From: Haliotis rubra
Lineage: Eukaryota
NCBI RefSeq assembly: GCF_003918875.1
Contig: NW_025766747.1
Span: 930,001-994,000, forward strand
Reading direction: 5' to 3'
DNA length: 64,000 bases
Each line of letters opens with the position of its first letter. The first letter of the stretch is position 1. The notes beneath the pieces were generated by a model that was given only the letters and a program-made list of their open reading frames with translations, searched no databases and had not been told where the DNA came from. Below, in pieces: positions 52,525 through 64,000 of this stretch. Made by a program: the position numbers and the translations under genes.

Positions 52525-53295
52525 TAATATAACGTATATTTTACTGCATCAGAGAAACACTTTAATCATGGTGTTCTGACAGTTCAGAAAAATGACAAAC
52601 ACATGTTACTCTGAAACGAACTAAACATTTTCTCATGAGTTAATCGGCGTTTAAATATTATTTCAGAGACCCTGGTGACATACTGACTGAACTGACAAGA
52701 TCGTACCAGGAGGGGCTCCCAGTCAAGGTCGAGGGAGACACGCAAGGTTACGTGATGTTAGGTTTGAGTGATGACAATATGTCTACCATATCAAGTAATA
52801 TGGTTTAGTATATCTGTATCAGTATAACCCCTCATTACACATCTATGTATCAGAATTAAGACGGTCTGCTGTGCAGTGATGACACATGGCCAGTATCTGA
52901 TGCTGGACTTGTCTACATCTCAACTTACTACTATCTTACAGGCAAGGTACAGCAAAAGGGTACGTGGGTGTGGCACTGGAAGGACGAAAGAAAACAGTGG
53001 CAGAAATATACAGAAGATCACCAGAGAAGACTTGAGGACCAGTATAAAAAACGGCCAAATGGGTCATGCCTTATACAGAGGAGTGGTAAAAGGTAAAGAT
53101 AAGTCTGAAACGGATTGTTTCCTTGGCATAACTGTGATTGGTTTCATGCCCCGCTCTAGGTTTAGATATACTTTTCCTGTTTGACACTGACGTCATCTCA
53201 GTTAGGTGAGACTGATCAGTCAAAATTGATAGGAATCAGATATTAGATTGATTCGATCTGATTGACATTTGTTTGCCTGCAATGCCGTGTGATCA

Positions 53296-53685
53296 TTCAC
53301 ACATAAATACAGATCCACACATATACTTACAAACACACACCCACCCCCATACGTGCGCGTACACAAACTTACATATTCACACATACACTTACAAACATCC
53401 CCCCAACCACACACACACACACAAATGCACACATGCATTCATACAGATCTAGACATATACTTACAAACATAAATCCACACATACAGGCATACTTACAGAT
53501 CCACACGTATATTTAGAAACATAAATATCACACACACACACACACATATATACACACACACATACATACATACACATCCACACATGTACTTACACACACA
53601 TAAATCTCCCACACACGTATGCGCAAAAGTGTAAATATATGGATGCATACACAATCACACACATTCATATACAACGAATACACGT
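53296..53685. repeat. Degenerate CA-rich microsatellite tract
   Basis: Seen directly. Confidence 0.85.
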
Positions 53686-53756
53686 ACATGATTGTGATAA
53701 CTATCATGAATTGTACGTCCAGAAGCTCATTTCCACATTTATGTCCACTTAACTAA

Positions 53757-54287
53757 GTTGCCAGAGACTATAACTTTAACGTATATGTACTGGTATTGCC
53801 AGAGACTATAACGTTAACGTATATGTACTGGTATTGCCAGAGACTATAACTTTAACGTATATGTATATGGTATTGCCAGAGACTATAACGTATAACGGTA
53901 TTGCCATATAACTGGTATATGCCTGGTAGAGACTATAACGTTAACGTATATGTACTGGTATTGCCAGAGACTATAACTTTAACGTATATGTACTGGTATT
54001 GCCAGAAATGTACTATAACTTTAACGTATATGTACTGGTATTGCCAGAGACTATAACGTTAACGTATATGTACTGGTATTGCCAGAGACTATAACGTTAA
54101 CGTATATGTACTGGTATTGCCAGAGACTATAACTTTAACGTATATGTACTGGTATTGCCAGAGACTATAACGTTAACGTATATGTACTGGTATTGCCAGA
54201 GACTATAACTTTAACGTATATGTACTGGTATTGCCAGAGACTATAACGTTAACGTTAACTATAACTTATATGTACTGGTATTTACAG
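53757..54287 (+). repeat. 38-bp minisatellite, about 14 copies, ending in the acceptor of the gene 3 exon at 54288
   Basis: Unit GCCAG|AGACTATAAC(T/G)TTAACGTATATGTACTGGTATT; the last copy reads TATGTACTGGTATTTACAG|. Confidence 0.9.
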
Positions 54288-55582
54288 CTACAGAGTACTT
54301 ACAGAGTACTCTTCAAGGAAATGTTTGAGAAGGATTTAAATAATGAATCCAGAAGAGAAGTCAAGAGAACATGTAAGTGATATTTGTTTTGCTCACTGCA
54401 TGTATTTCCGAACAAAATCTAAATTAAATCCTGGTTGACTTTTAATTTTTATCTTGCATTTATTTGCAGGTGTTGACGAGAAGTGATTCCACCTTCCTGA
54501 TAGTTTTAGATGTGAGTCATTGAAGAACAGTTGTCTATGATGAAATGTGAGGCAGCTCGCAGGAAATTGATGGTATGCTACGTTAACGTCAGTGTCTGCC
54601 CACAGCTGGTTACAACGACAAAACAATGCGTCCCAGTTATCTACATGAGACTTTGTCCTTTTTGTATAATCTGCACATTTGATCTGAATATGATATTTGC
54701 GTGGAATATCAAATTTAGGGCGATCTAAGATAGTCTCGCTTTTTTAATATTTTAATTACAGCTTTCTTACACTACGATAATATTATTGCCTACTTTCTAC
54801 TCTTAATACATTGTTGCATCTCTACTTGCTAAATATAGCTTACTACCTTAAAAAGATTTTAACACTTAATAAAAACGTGAATTATGAGAGATTGCTTATG
54901 TTATAGTGACTCATTCAGGACAGTCATCGTCCAAATATTTTAAAAGTCCATAACCTATGTAGTCCAGATATGTGAGACTTTATTGTAATAATTTATATGA
55001 CGCTAACCTGTATTCTTAATCACTACTGTACATCCTTATCATTACCGCATTGTACATTGACTTGTAGGCCCAATAATTATTGTATAAGCTTTTTATAACC
55101 TTCATTGGTAATCCCCCTTGGCCGTGTCTGCCATCCCATCAACTGGTCAAGGAAGTGCTATTGTTTTTCTGCCTGTCCATTGATGCGTCGTCGCCTGTCC
55201 ATTGTTGTCAAAAACTGTATATATACTTAGTATGCTCACATCTAGACAGTGAAGGAGTCGAGTCCGGTATACCGCCTGCTTGTGTAAGGACGACCGCGAG
55301 CAGGATAATGCCGCTCGTAGGATCCGTCCTGGGGTTGAGCAGGTACTCCGCTCACCACATTTTATGTCTTGTGTATTTGCTTGTCATGTAACTAAAGAAG
55401 TTTGAACTCAACGTACCCTTCGTCTTATCAATGTATTGCACGTACACTTAATCTTAAACATGAGCTAATTCCCGAGACGACGCATACACCAAGCGTTGAC
55501 ACTTACTTGGCACCGAAATCAGATATCTTGAGGGAGAGCTTATTTTCTATTTGTTGCAACGTCGCACTCAATGTCAACAAAT

Positions 55583-56606
55583 ACGTGTATATATACATGG
55601 GTAAATGTCTACATGTACGTCGTATACCAGGCATATATCCACAATGATATGTCTATAATGGTGTATGTGCGTACATATACATGGGTACATGTCTACATGT
55701 ACGTCGCATACAAGGCATATATCCACAATGATATGTCTATAATGGTGTATGTGCGTACATATACATGGGTACATGTCTACATGTACGTCGCATACAAGGC
55801 ATATATCCACAATGATATGTCTATAATGGTGTATGTGCGTACATATACATGGGTACATGTCTACATATACGTCGCATACAAGGCATATATCCACAATGAT
55901 ATGACTATAATGGTGTATGTGCGTACATATACATGGGTACATGTCTACATGTACGTCGTATACAAGGCATATATGTAATGTAATAGAATATTTATATAGC
56001 GCACATATCCACGCACTAGTGCATGCTCAAGGCGCTGGTATTTTTTCCCTCGATCATTGGATATCCACAATGATATGTCTATAATGGTGTATGTGTGTAT
56101 ATATACATGGGTACCTGTCTACATGTACGTCGTATACAAGGCATATATCCACAATGATATGTCTATAATGGTGTATGTGTGTACATATACATGGGTACCT
56201 GTCTACATGTACGTCGTATACAAGGCATATATCCACAATGATATGTCTATAATGGTGTATGTGTGTATTTATACATGGGTACCTGTCTACATGTACATCG
56301 TATACAAGGCATATATCCACAATGATATGTATATAATGGTGTATGTGTGTATATATACATGGGTACCTGTCTACATGTACGTCGTATACAAGGCATATAT
56401 CCACAATGATATGTCTATAATGGTGTATGTGTGTACATATACATGGGTACCTGTCTACATGTACGTCGTATACAAGGCATATATCCACAATGATATGTCT
56501 ATAATGGTGTATGTGTGTATATATACATGGGTACATGTCTACATGTACGTCGTATACAAGGCATATATCCACAATGATATGTCTGTAATGGTGTATGTGC
56601 GTACGC
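55583..56606. repeat. 84-bp tandem repeat, about 11 copies, interrupted by an ~85-bp retroelement tail at 55975-56059
   Basis: Unit ATATCCACAATGATATGTCTATAATGGTGTATGTG...TACAAGGCAT. The insert reads AGCGCCTTGAGCATG...GCGCTATATAAAT(ATTAC)n on the minus strand. Confidence 0.9.
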
Positions 56607-58649
56607 AGATGTAGCTGACGTTGACAGACATTGATCAAATACATTTTGAGATGAGATTTTGCAACCTGATCCACATACGCATTAAATCAAAATATTTCGC
56701 TCCCAGGATGTATCCTTCAACGTTACAATTTCACAACAATCGACCCATATGTAAGATTATGTGTATGTGTAATGTGCTCAATATATTTTGTGATTAATGA
56801 CAATGCTAAGAAGAATATAATAGAGACCAAGGAATTCACTGATTTAACCCAAACAAAGAGTGGGTTGAAACAACTGCTTGCACATGCCCATCGTTCACAA
56901 AATGGTCCCTATCAATTGTTGGGCCTGACACACTCTTTGGTTGCAAGTTTTCTGAATCAGGGCCTAGATTTTCGAAGCTCTCTTAGCGCTAAGATAGTCG
57001 TAAGTTAATGTTAATGTATATTAACATACCATTAATGGTATAGCTTGAACCTACAGTGCGGAAGGAAGATAAAGTAATCCATCCAACCAAAAGTTTCTTT
57101 TAGCATACGCCTTTGTAATCTTCGTAGTCTCCATTTAATGACATTTGATGTTGCCGAGGCGGAATATTTGTCCCATGGTGTCGACTGACAGTCATATTAC
57201 ATTTCCGACATCATAACCTTTGGGCTAAACAAGGCAAATGAATACACGAATATATAACTAAACTATTGTTAAGATAAGATGGGTGTATTAAATGTTTTGA
57301 ACAAAGTATATTTTGCCTAAATATGTACCATCTAGATCTTATGATTTCTAGAAGGACAGAAGGATTCTATAATTCAGGAAGGAAGAGTAGTTTCTTTTCT
57401 TAAGGTGAGTAGTTTAGGCAAACATTAGTGGTCAGATGAGTGCGAATATGATGTTATCTTTCAGAGAAAATGTAATGTTACAGATTATTGTTACAGACGT
57501 TGCCAGGTATATTTCATTTGTTTGTTGGTAAATAAACTATATTTGTACATTTTATTCTTCGTCTGTTTCTTTATCCAACAACTAATAGTCTTGTTTTGGA
57601 CAATAGTAGTGACGTGCATGTCATCAGTGGAATGGCAACCACCATTATTCATCTATTTGATCCATGAAGTATATAACAATCTAGTTGTGAATTGCTTGAA
57701 TACACAATGCCTTTCTCAGCGTAGTTAAATGCAACACATGTTATTGTTTAGTTATCCCAGATATACCATATGTTGTTGTGTGAACAACAGTGTTAACTGA
57801 ACTACAAGAGGACTAACATCTAAAGTCATATACTTTTTCCGGGAAAAGTCAGTCGTCATCTAGTCCATTTTACATAGCCAGAATAACTCTCCTGGGAAGC
57901 ACATCCCAAACCCCTTGTTTAGAAACGTGTGGAAAACGTTTTTTAATAGTCTAAGCCTTTACGTGGTGACATCAGATTCGATCGTCTTCATACAATATAT
58001 CAACCTCGCTTTTCATGCTGGTGTCAAGGTCGCTTTGAGTAACTACAGAAAATAATGATGATATGCTTTTAACATACTTTAGGAATGACTGAATCGAACT
58101 TTCAATACCTCTTCTTGTCCCTTTGTAAATTCAACCACTATCTATTTGAGCTAATTAAACGCTACCAACATGGCAATCTGTAATCATGGACACGTTTACA
58201 TGATCAAAAAGGTCTTCATAAAGGTACATAGTTTCTTATGCATGACTTTGTGAGCTAATTTTAATGTCAATACACGTGTCTATTTGTATGTTCGCAGTGT
58301 CTATGTATTCCTATATCCGTACATACTCTGATACATTATAGGCATACAATAAAATTGAAGTTCTATTCACATGGGCAGAACCATTTGAAGTGTAATTCAA
58401 AGACACTATTGTCAATCGTATTGCAGTAACTACTATATACAGTACCTTTCGAAATGTAGTATGTATTCGGAGCTCATTCGGTATATTCCGTCCAGTCGTG
58501 TTTCCAACCAGACAGACGATGTCGATAAATAACAATAACAAGGTATAAGGAGCCCATGTACCTTTTGTACGTCGCTGTGACTGCGATATTCTCTCATACA
58601 TAAGGTCCCCCTTCACTCCCCTCTCTCTCTCTCCCTCCTCCCCCCATCT

Positions 58650-58849
58650 NNNNNNNNNNNNNNNNNNNNNNNNNNNNNNNNNNNNNNNNNNNNNNNNNNN
58701 NNNNNNNNNNNNNNNNNNNNNNNNNNNNNNNNNNNNNNNNNNNNNNNNNNNNNNNNNNNNNNNNNNNNNNNNNNNNNNNNNNNNNNNNNNNNNNNNNNNN
58801 NNNNNNNNNNNNNNNNNNNNNNNNNNNNNNNNNNNNNNNNNNNNNNNNN
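58650..58849. other. Assembly gap (N run)
   Basis: N characters. Confidence 1.
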
Positions 58850-59125
58850 AATAGTTCCACCTTCTGGTGACAAACGAATGATGTAAACCAAGTCTAATAA
58901 CGTGGGACGCAAGTAGACATGTTATTTGAAGAAATCATTCCTAAATAGGTTGATGTGCTCAGAAAAGGAATTTGGCGAATTATTAGGAATGGCAATTTGG
59001 TTGATAATCAGTAATCAACACCTTTAGACCTGTTTTATAGATTCAAATATACATGTAGATCTTAGAATGCAATATTTTGTATCCTCATAGGATATGACAG
59101 ATAAAAAATATAGTTTTTTTCTTAC

Positions 59126-59229
59126 ATGACTTTTGTCCACTTGATCCACTTTCCCAATTGTCAGTCCGTCTGTTATGAGGATAAGTCGAGGGGGCACAGT
59201 TGTCCTCCCACCAAAGTTACAAACTCCAC
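59126..59229 (-). CDS. Isolated exon of an inverted paralogue (VWA exon carrying the TDG motif)
   Basis: The minus strand reads ttccag|GTGGAG...AGTCAT|gtaaga and encodes GGVCNFGGRTTVPPRLILITDGLT, homologous to gene 2 GGICNMGGLLVPPRIVFITDGLA, with the same phase 1 to 0. It lies on a contig of about 430 bp between two N gaps. Confidence 0.75.
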
Positions 59230-59278
59230 CTGGAAGTGTGATGATAACCTTTATTAATAAATCATTATGGTAAATGAA

Positions 59279-59461
59279 NNNNNNNNNNNNNNNNNNNNNN
59301 NNNNNNNNNNNNNNNNNNNNNNNNNNNNNNNNNNNNNNNNNNNNNNNNNNNNNNNNNNNNNNNNNNNNNNNNNNNNNNNNNNNNNNNNNNNNNNNNNNNN
59401 NNNNNNNNNNNNNNNNNNNNNNNNNNNNNNNNNNNNNNNNNNNNNNNNNNNNNNNNNNNNN
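59279..59461. other. Assembly gap (N run)
   Basis: N characters. Confidence 1.
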
Positions 59462-60330
59462 CACTCCCGCCAATACGTTATCGCATCTATATATAGATCC
59501 AACTTAACTATCTATTTTTAGTCAAGGGTTTCCCAAGAGGAATGTAGTATCGTTTTCCACTTGTTTATTTCTATTTACACTCCAGGATGTTGTATGGGAG
59601 AATATTATGTCCTGCTTAACAACGAGGTGAGACTGGAATATAACGACCCATATTAACATCATCAGTGACATATTGAGGAGGTGAGAGATGTCCAAATCTG
59701 TTGTTCAAACGAAAAGTAGCCATAGCCACAAGCAGCTAGTTAGTGCTTTGTTTAATTCGTTTTTATGATACTGATCATATTTATTAGATACTTATGAGGA
59801 TCTAATTTTCATACATGAATGTGTATTGGGTGGTTTTGATATACATAACCAGGAAGTAAAAGTGAACGATATGACCGAATATCTACTTGAAACATAATGT
59901 TGTCAATCTGTATTTAATAAGGACATCACGCGTCCTATCTAAACAAAGACTAGTCACCCGATGTCCCACGAAAATATTTGTCATTTCGTATATTGGCACA
60001 TTTAAAAGGAAGATCTGTTCTCCTCTCAATACCGTTTACAGAGCACTATTGTGTAAGCTGATACAACACAAACACACGCACACACACGCGCACGTACACA
60101 CACAAATATACACATATATTAAAATCTACAGCGACATTACTTGTACAATACATGTAGGGTTATAGCCTTTTAGCCGTGTAACCTCTCACGTGACAATCTG
60201 TTATTTGCTTCCTGATACACCTGTTATAACTCTGTGTTTTCTGTCCTTGGTATAACTGGGATTATAACAATCGTCACTAACCTACATGTGCATGCAGTTA
60301 GTAAGTTAACTGTTTGCCACAGTCAGTAGA

Positions 60331-60541
60331 GTGTGTGAGTGAATTTAGTTTTACAACTGTAAATAATCGATACTGGACCAGACAATCCAGTCATCAACAG
60401 AATGAGCATCAATCTACGCAATTTCCATACGATGGCATGTGTCAACCAGGTCAGAGAGCCTGACAACCCGATCCCGTTTGCCGCCTCATACGACAAGCAT
60501 TAGTTACTGAAGATCGATTCTAACCCGGATCCACATGGGTT
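60331..60541 (-). mobile_element. SINE-like family A, internally deleted, with target-site duplication
   Basis: Reverse copy flanked by ACAGTCAGTAGA on both sides. Confidence 0.85.
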
Positions 60542-61054
60542 ACAGTCAGTAGAAATCCTTTGGGGTTAGACAAGGTCAATATCAGCTGATAAATGGGATT
60601 TAAGAACGAACTACCATTAGTCAGACACAGTATAGCAGTCCTTGTTTTGAGCACTTAATGCCGAACACCAGGCACAGTGACTGATCAACCACTATCTGTA
60701 GCCGGTGTGACGCGAAACACCGCTCGTCAGTCCACTTGAATGCCGTGTCAACCAGACCCCGGGTGAAGTTAGATCATCAGCAATCCATGTCGCGACAATC
60801 GATAGAATGGATAGATGTCATGGCGATATGGTGGACAGAATATCATCGTCCCCGAGACGTTGATCACAATATCAATCACTGGTTTGTCTGCTTAAGTCTT
60901 GATTATTTACACCATGTGTTTGTCAAATAAACACATTTAAATATGATTTATATATGAAATAAAATATTTGACTTGTAATAATTTAGATGACCATGGAGAA
61001 AATGCGTAACAGATAAACTGCTGCTTCCTACCTGATCCCTACAGTATTCACGCA

Positions 61055-61205
61055 TGAGCGGGTGAGGCGGCTGACTTTGTGTGCTGGCGATTAGGTGCCT
61101 GACTCTGAGGGTGTGGGTTCGAATCCCGGATGGGACTCTACCCAACAAATGTACAAAATCTGTACTTTACTGAGAAAGTGTAATCCCAAATATACCATAT
61201 GTTAC
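61055..61205 (+). mobile_element. tRNA-derived repeat directly upstream of the gene 4 start codon
   Basis: B-box GGTTCGAATCCC; no clean cloverleaf; a related copy lies at 420-552 on the minus strand. Confidence 0.55.
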
Positions 61206-61289
61206 GTGTCATAACCATACCTCTCATACCTGATAACGAGTGACCGGAAGTGAATTATTGTTACATTACTTGGTATATATACAATCAAA

Positions 61290-63880
61290 ATGGCAAAGAA
61301 GGTATCACATAAAGCCAGCAACACCGACGTGACGTATACTAACTACACGGACCATAATATCATATCAACGTCAACACATTCCATTCTCCAAATGGGAAAC
61401 ATTTGTACAGCCTACACCATCAACGTCACCCGGGACTTCTTGGACGCCATCAAAGACAAAGGTGGAAGTCTGACGTGTGAGTTACATTTTCCATATTAAT
61501 GATTATATTTTGAATTGGCTCATTAATGATTTATCATTTGTGTATGTAGAGGGTAACGGTAGTGTGCTTATACAAGGGAGGTATTAGCGTTCAAAACCTA
61601 TCAACACAGTAGGAAGTCATAATTGTATGTATGTGTGGTGAATCTACTACTGTGAACCACGCTATCAGGATGACAATTTCCAGCCAAATGTCGTACCTCG
61701 CTATGTGTAAATGTATCTCATCGACATTCTAAGAAGGGAACAATGACACCTTCACCCCCCCAAATGTCAATATCAGTTTCAGGGTCGGAACAACCACTGC
61801 TACGGCTGAATTGGAAAGGAAACATAGACGTCTCCCAAGCCTGCATCACGAAGTGGAAGGTGAATGTATTGTCAGTTTTCAAGGGATGTAAGAGTGCGAT
61901 TCTGCAGGAGATCTCCAAAGACATATTTGATCCTCTCCGCCGAGAGATCATCGAACGAATATATCAAGAGCACGACGCCCTGCTGTCAGCTTTACTTGGT
62001 GGAAGTTTGATATTTGTGTTCATGCACAGAAACAGAAATGATGCAGATAAGATGATCGAGAAGAAACACGAGATAAACAAGATCTTCCAGCAACTCATCG
62101 GAAATATTGGCAACAGGGAGGTTAAGTTTGCTCTGTCTGCTGAAAGGTAAGAAATCTTTACCCCTTTCTTTATATTGTATGATAGCAATGTTCAACAGAA
62201 ATCAGTACAATTTGCAAACGCGTTCCGCTGCATGTATTAAATCTATACGTGCATGGAAATTAAGGGATATAACCTGTTCTGTAGCCAATTCCAACGTTCA
62301 ATTACGCATATACTGTGTGTCCTTTTGCATTGCTTTTCTGACAAGGTAGGCACAACACGTTTCCTTTTTTATTGCATGAAGTAAACTGGATACGTTATTG
62401 TCGACTTCAAGGGGACCGTTGTACAAAACAACCTTTGCTGAGGTTGGATTGAGCGACTATGGTTAACCTTAATGTAATCTTAACAAAACGTTACGTCCGT
62501 TGCACAAAGCTACCTTTGGTCAACCTTAACTCTGGGAGGGTATTTAGCGGCAACGTTAACTAAGGCTGAACTGTAGTGCAGGAAACTCGATGATGTCCGT
62601 AGTTACGGTTGTGAGTTATCTCCTCGCCGGAACAATTAATGGTTTGAATGTGTATCGCACCTGTTTTGGCATCAAATTAACGTACGTAAAGAAGAATATT
62701 TCATAACACAAATATATGTTTTAGGATAGGATTTGTCTATTTGGCTATTGCTCCTCATAAATATACAAGGATCGATCCAAGAAGATATCAAAATATTGAT
62801 GTAAGGTTTGTCCAAAGGAAGATGTGTCATGGCTCAAATATATTTTTTATCATTCTTGTAGAATAGAAATAAAGTTACGGTTAGCTATCATGTCATCACA
62901 ATCTTTTCTTTCGAATATAAATTGATTTTATTATCAACAATGAATAAATCGTTAAACGTTTGTTACAAATGGACACCTGGTCTATCGTTATACATCATTG
63001 TTTTGTCCATAAAACGGCATTAACACATTAAATGAAAAGACAATTCCTTTTAAACTATGTGCATATTCAGTTCGTAAAATATATCAATCATTATCATTAA
63101 GATTGTCAGTTTTACTTATAAGGTTAAATTAATCGGTAGTATTAGCAACTGATGCAAGACCTCGGGACTTTGGACTTTCAAACAGAAGGCTTGGGGAACA
63201 ATATGCATGTACAGTTAACTATATACATCCCGAGCGTTCGGTGCTCTACGGCAGCAATCCAGACATGTCCCTAGACACTTACAACAGGGTGTGATCTGTG
63301 TCAACTATGTTCTTTGATTTTCAAGGGATGTCGGGTCACGACAATGGATTCAAAGTTCGGTTGAGGGTAAGGAATTTTTGGTGACTTCCTCAAATCACGG
63401 CACTTTTGTTAAATATGTTTCCAATTTGAAAAATATGGGCACTCTTATATAAAATATAAGTGTATATATATGTAGAATACATGTTTCGAATTTGGGGTAC
63501 TAGATATCGATTTTGTTCCACATGCATACTTCTGTTAAAGAACCCAGTGGGAATTATCCATCGGATGACAGAAGCGAGTCACACATACCGAGTAGCAGGA
63601 TTGACGGTATTGAGATGGAACTGAAGCAGCTTCGAGAGGCAGTGTCTGAAATGAAGAACATACTGCAGAAAATGTCGGACAAGGTCCTCAGCGAAACTCA
63701 CGCGTCGAAGTTCACACCAATGAGTCAGACAGAAGAACAGCTGACGACCATTATACTACCGGAGAAGTACAGTCTAGATACTTCTATAGTTCCAGTACCA
63801 GATATACCTGTGGCACCAGCAACCTTATCTGCGCCTGGGCCTTTCGTTGACACACGTGCAGCAGAAGATGGTGTCATGGG
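61290..63880 (+). CDS. Gene 4 (5' part only, continues past the window): probable fourth paralogue, showing the N-terminal domain and coiled coil
   Basis: Exons 61290-61476, 61783-62146, 63326-63366, 63541-63880 with end phases 1, 2, 1, 2, the same as gene 3. Exon 1 ends INVTRDFLDAIKDKG (gene 1: VCVNIDLLEALKEHQ). Exon 2 starts PLLRLNW (gene 1: VLLRIHW). A coiled coil SRIDGIEMELKQLREAVSEMKNILQKM follows. No VWA, MIB or WWE exons fall inside the window. Confidence 0.7.
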
Positions 63881-64000
63881 GTTAGTATGACAAATGTCTA
63901 CACCAAACCATCAACCAGTGTTTAGAAAGGATCACTAGAGGTGGAGTACAACAGATGATGGCGACATGGGTAGTATAACCTAGATATACACCAAATCGTC

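Larger units (their letters stand above)
41768..54486 (+). pseudogene. Gene 3: VWA / 2x MIB-HERC2 / WWE paralogue (about 1133 aa if repaired) with an in-frame TGA and an 11-bp duplication; null allele, young pseudogene or assembly error
   Basis: Exons: 41768-42014, 44762-45251, 45419-45474, 45946-46639 (TGA at 46359-46361), 47355-47477, 47629-47696, 47830-47925, 48263-48382, 48473-48595, 48721-48795, 49133-49254, 49475-49579, 49789-49884, 50595-50717, 51032-51260, 51487-51633, 51894-51985, 52083-52156, 52667-52746, 52942-53092, 54288-54372 (TACAGAGTACT duplicated), 54470-54486. Motifs: LDTILCLDTSNS, VIIITDG, GTRVTRGPDWHWGNQD, WVWHWKDERKQWQKYT. Confidence in the gene model is high; confidence in pseudogene status is moderate. 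Confidence 0.65.

Noticed and set aside
55571-56674. His/Tyr-rich repetitive ORFs on both strands
   Set aside because: Translation of an 84-bp tandem repeat; no splice or homology support.
57050-58600. Minus-strand peptides faintly like WWE or MIB exons (KITKAYAKRN, WKHDWTEYTE)
   Set aside because: Short, interrupted by stops and lacking matching splice phases; not distinguishable from chance by eye.
61055-61146. tRNA gene (similar candidates at 10846, 18219 and 34262)
   Set aside because: Only A/B-box-like parts without a full cloverleaf, each continuing into repeat body sequence; treated as tRNA-derived repeats.

Overview
Intron-rich, AT-rich animal genomic DNA. It is probably molluscan, which is an inference from the repeat families and gene style only. 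Manual splicing shows that the window is mostly a head-to-tail (+ strand) cluster of four paralogous genes, which the ORF track shows only as fragments. Genes 1 and 2 are intact (about 1175 and 1069 aa, 19 coding exons each). Gene 3 has an in-frame TGA and an 11-bp duplication. Gene 4 runs off the end of the window. Genes 1-3 share one architecture: divergent N-terminal alpha/beta domain (possibly TRADD-N-like), coiled coil, hypervariable low-complexity linker, VWA with MIDAS (DTSxS...TDG), two MIB/HERC2 domains, and a C-terminal WWE domain, with no recognisable catalytic domain. An orphan exon of a fifth, inverted paralogue lies between two assembly gaps. Seven unrelated intronic tandem arrays contain or abut the genes' own splice sites and produce runs of decoy donors or acceptors; four of them flank the WWE exons. 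The rest is SINEs, LINE fragments, MITEs and a 6.3-kb intergenic satellite. The long ORFs in the track at 11.8-15 kb, 18-24 kb and 55-56.6 kb are repeat artefacts.
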